DNA from: a virus
Lineage: Duplodnaviria; Caudoviricetes
IMG/VR virus record: IMGVR_UViG_3300032237_001332
Coordinates: 1-24,422 of that record
Reading direction: 5' to 3' (one strand)
DNA length: 24,422 bases
Made by a program: the position numbers and the translations under genes. Within the stretch, counting starts at the first letter, position 1, and each line of letters begins with the position of its first letter. The notes under the pieces were generated by a model. The model did not search any database. It saw only the letters and a program-made list of their open reading frames with translations, and had not been told where the DNA came from. Positions 24,021-24,422 of the stretch are shown piece by piece.

Positions 24021-24305
24021 TCACTCCTTGATCGATTCGCGGCTGGGGATCGACCGGTACAGGAACAGGTCAAGGGCCACGTGGAGGAGTAGAGGAGCCA
24101 TGCGGAAAGCAGACTCGGGCAGACCACCGAACAGGGCGCTCAGCTTCTCAGACAGATCGGATTTATGCAGCTCATCAAACTCAACAGACAACATAGAAGC
24201 TACACTGAGAATGAAGTCATCAACTTCTTCATCCTGGTGCTTTAACTTCTCAACGACCTCCCATAGTTCTGGGTCTCGTTGTATCATTGAAATAAGCTCT
24301 TCCAT
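24021..24305 (-). CDS. Hypothetical acidic helical protein (94 aa)
   Basis: Co-oriented with the polymerase, 6 nt from the next gene. Confidence 0.7.
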   Translation of the reverse strand: MEELISMIQRDPELWEVVEKLKHQDEEVDDFILSVASMLSVEFDELHKSDLSEKLSALFGGLPESAFRMAPLLLHVALDLFLYRSIPSRESIKE

Positions 24306-24307
24306 AC

Positions 24308-24422
24308 ATGAGTTATCGTATTCGTCGCAAGATTACCAGCACTACATTCAGGGTGCAAGGTCAGCTGTGCAAGGTCTTTCTTGAACCCACACACGAGTAC
24401 CGACCCGGCTTCTGGCACTGGA
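24308..24422 (+). CDS. Possible 5' end of a hypothetical gene running off the window
   Basis: MSYRIRRKITSTTFRVQGQLCKVFLEPTHEYRPGFWHW, open to the edge. Confidence 0.45.
   Translation, partial: MSYRIRRKITSTTFRVQGQLCKVFLEPTHEYRPGFWHW

Noticed and set aside
858-24305. Amber stop-codon reassignment suggested by the CUA loop
   Set aside because: All long genes are uninterrupted under the standard code. TAG is rare but does end at least two ORFs (13612, 16670).

Overview
Segment of a tailed dsDNA phage genome, most likely a freshwater-type cyanophage, judged from an NblA-like gene, a SpeD-like gene, a DUF5895-like gene and several small proteins typical of cyanophages. Positions 858-8131 (+) are a virion/tail block with several tail-fibre proteins, chaperones and a beta-helix tailspike carrying a peptidase S74 chaperone. 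Positions 8100-24305 are mostly minus-strand replication and nucleotide-metabolism genes: a Prim-Pol/D5 primase-helicase, a PD-(D/E)XK exonuclease, a Gp157-like protein, a double-OB SSB, dCMP deaminase and a T7-like family A DNA polymerase. Plus-strand accessory genes and a tRNA-Ile(UAU) are interspersed. Ten likely real short or edge-truncated ORFs are missing from the supplied track. The most notable non-coding signals are: two aberrant tRNA-like elements in gene leaders (one with a CUCUAAA amber-type loop and encoded CCA), a ~250 bp nested inverted repeat that may be a replication origin, a ~77 nt antisense-oriented hairpin, a duplicated gene junction bracketing the tailspike, and tandem tail paralogues with conserved DNA flanks around variable cores. 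All family calls come from motif recognition by eye, not from database searches.
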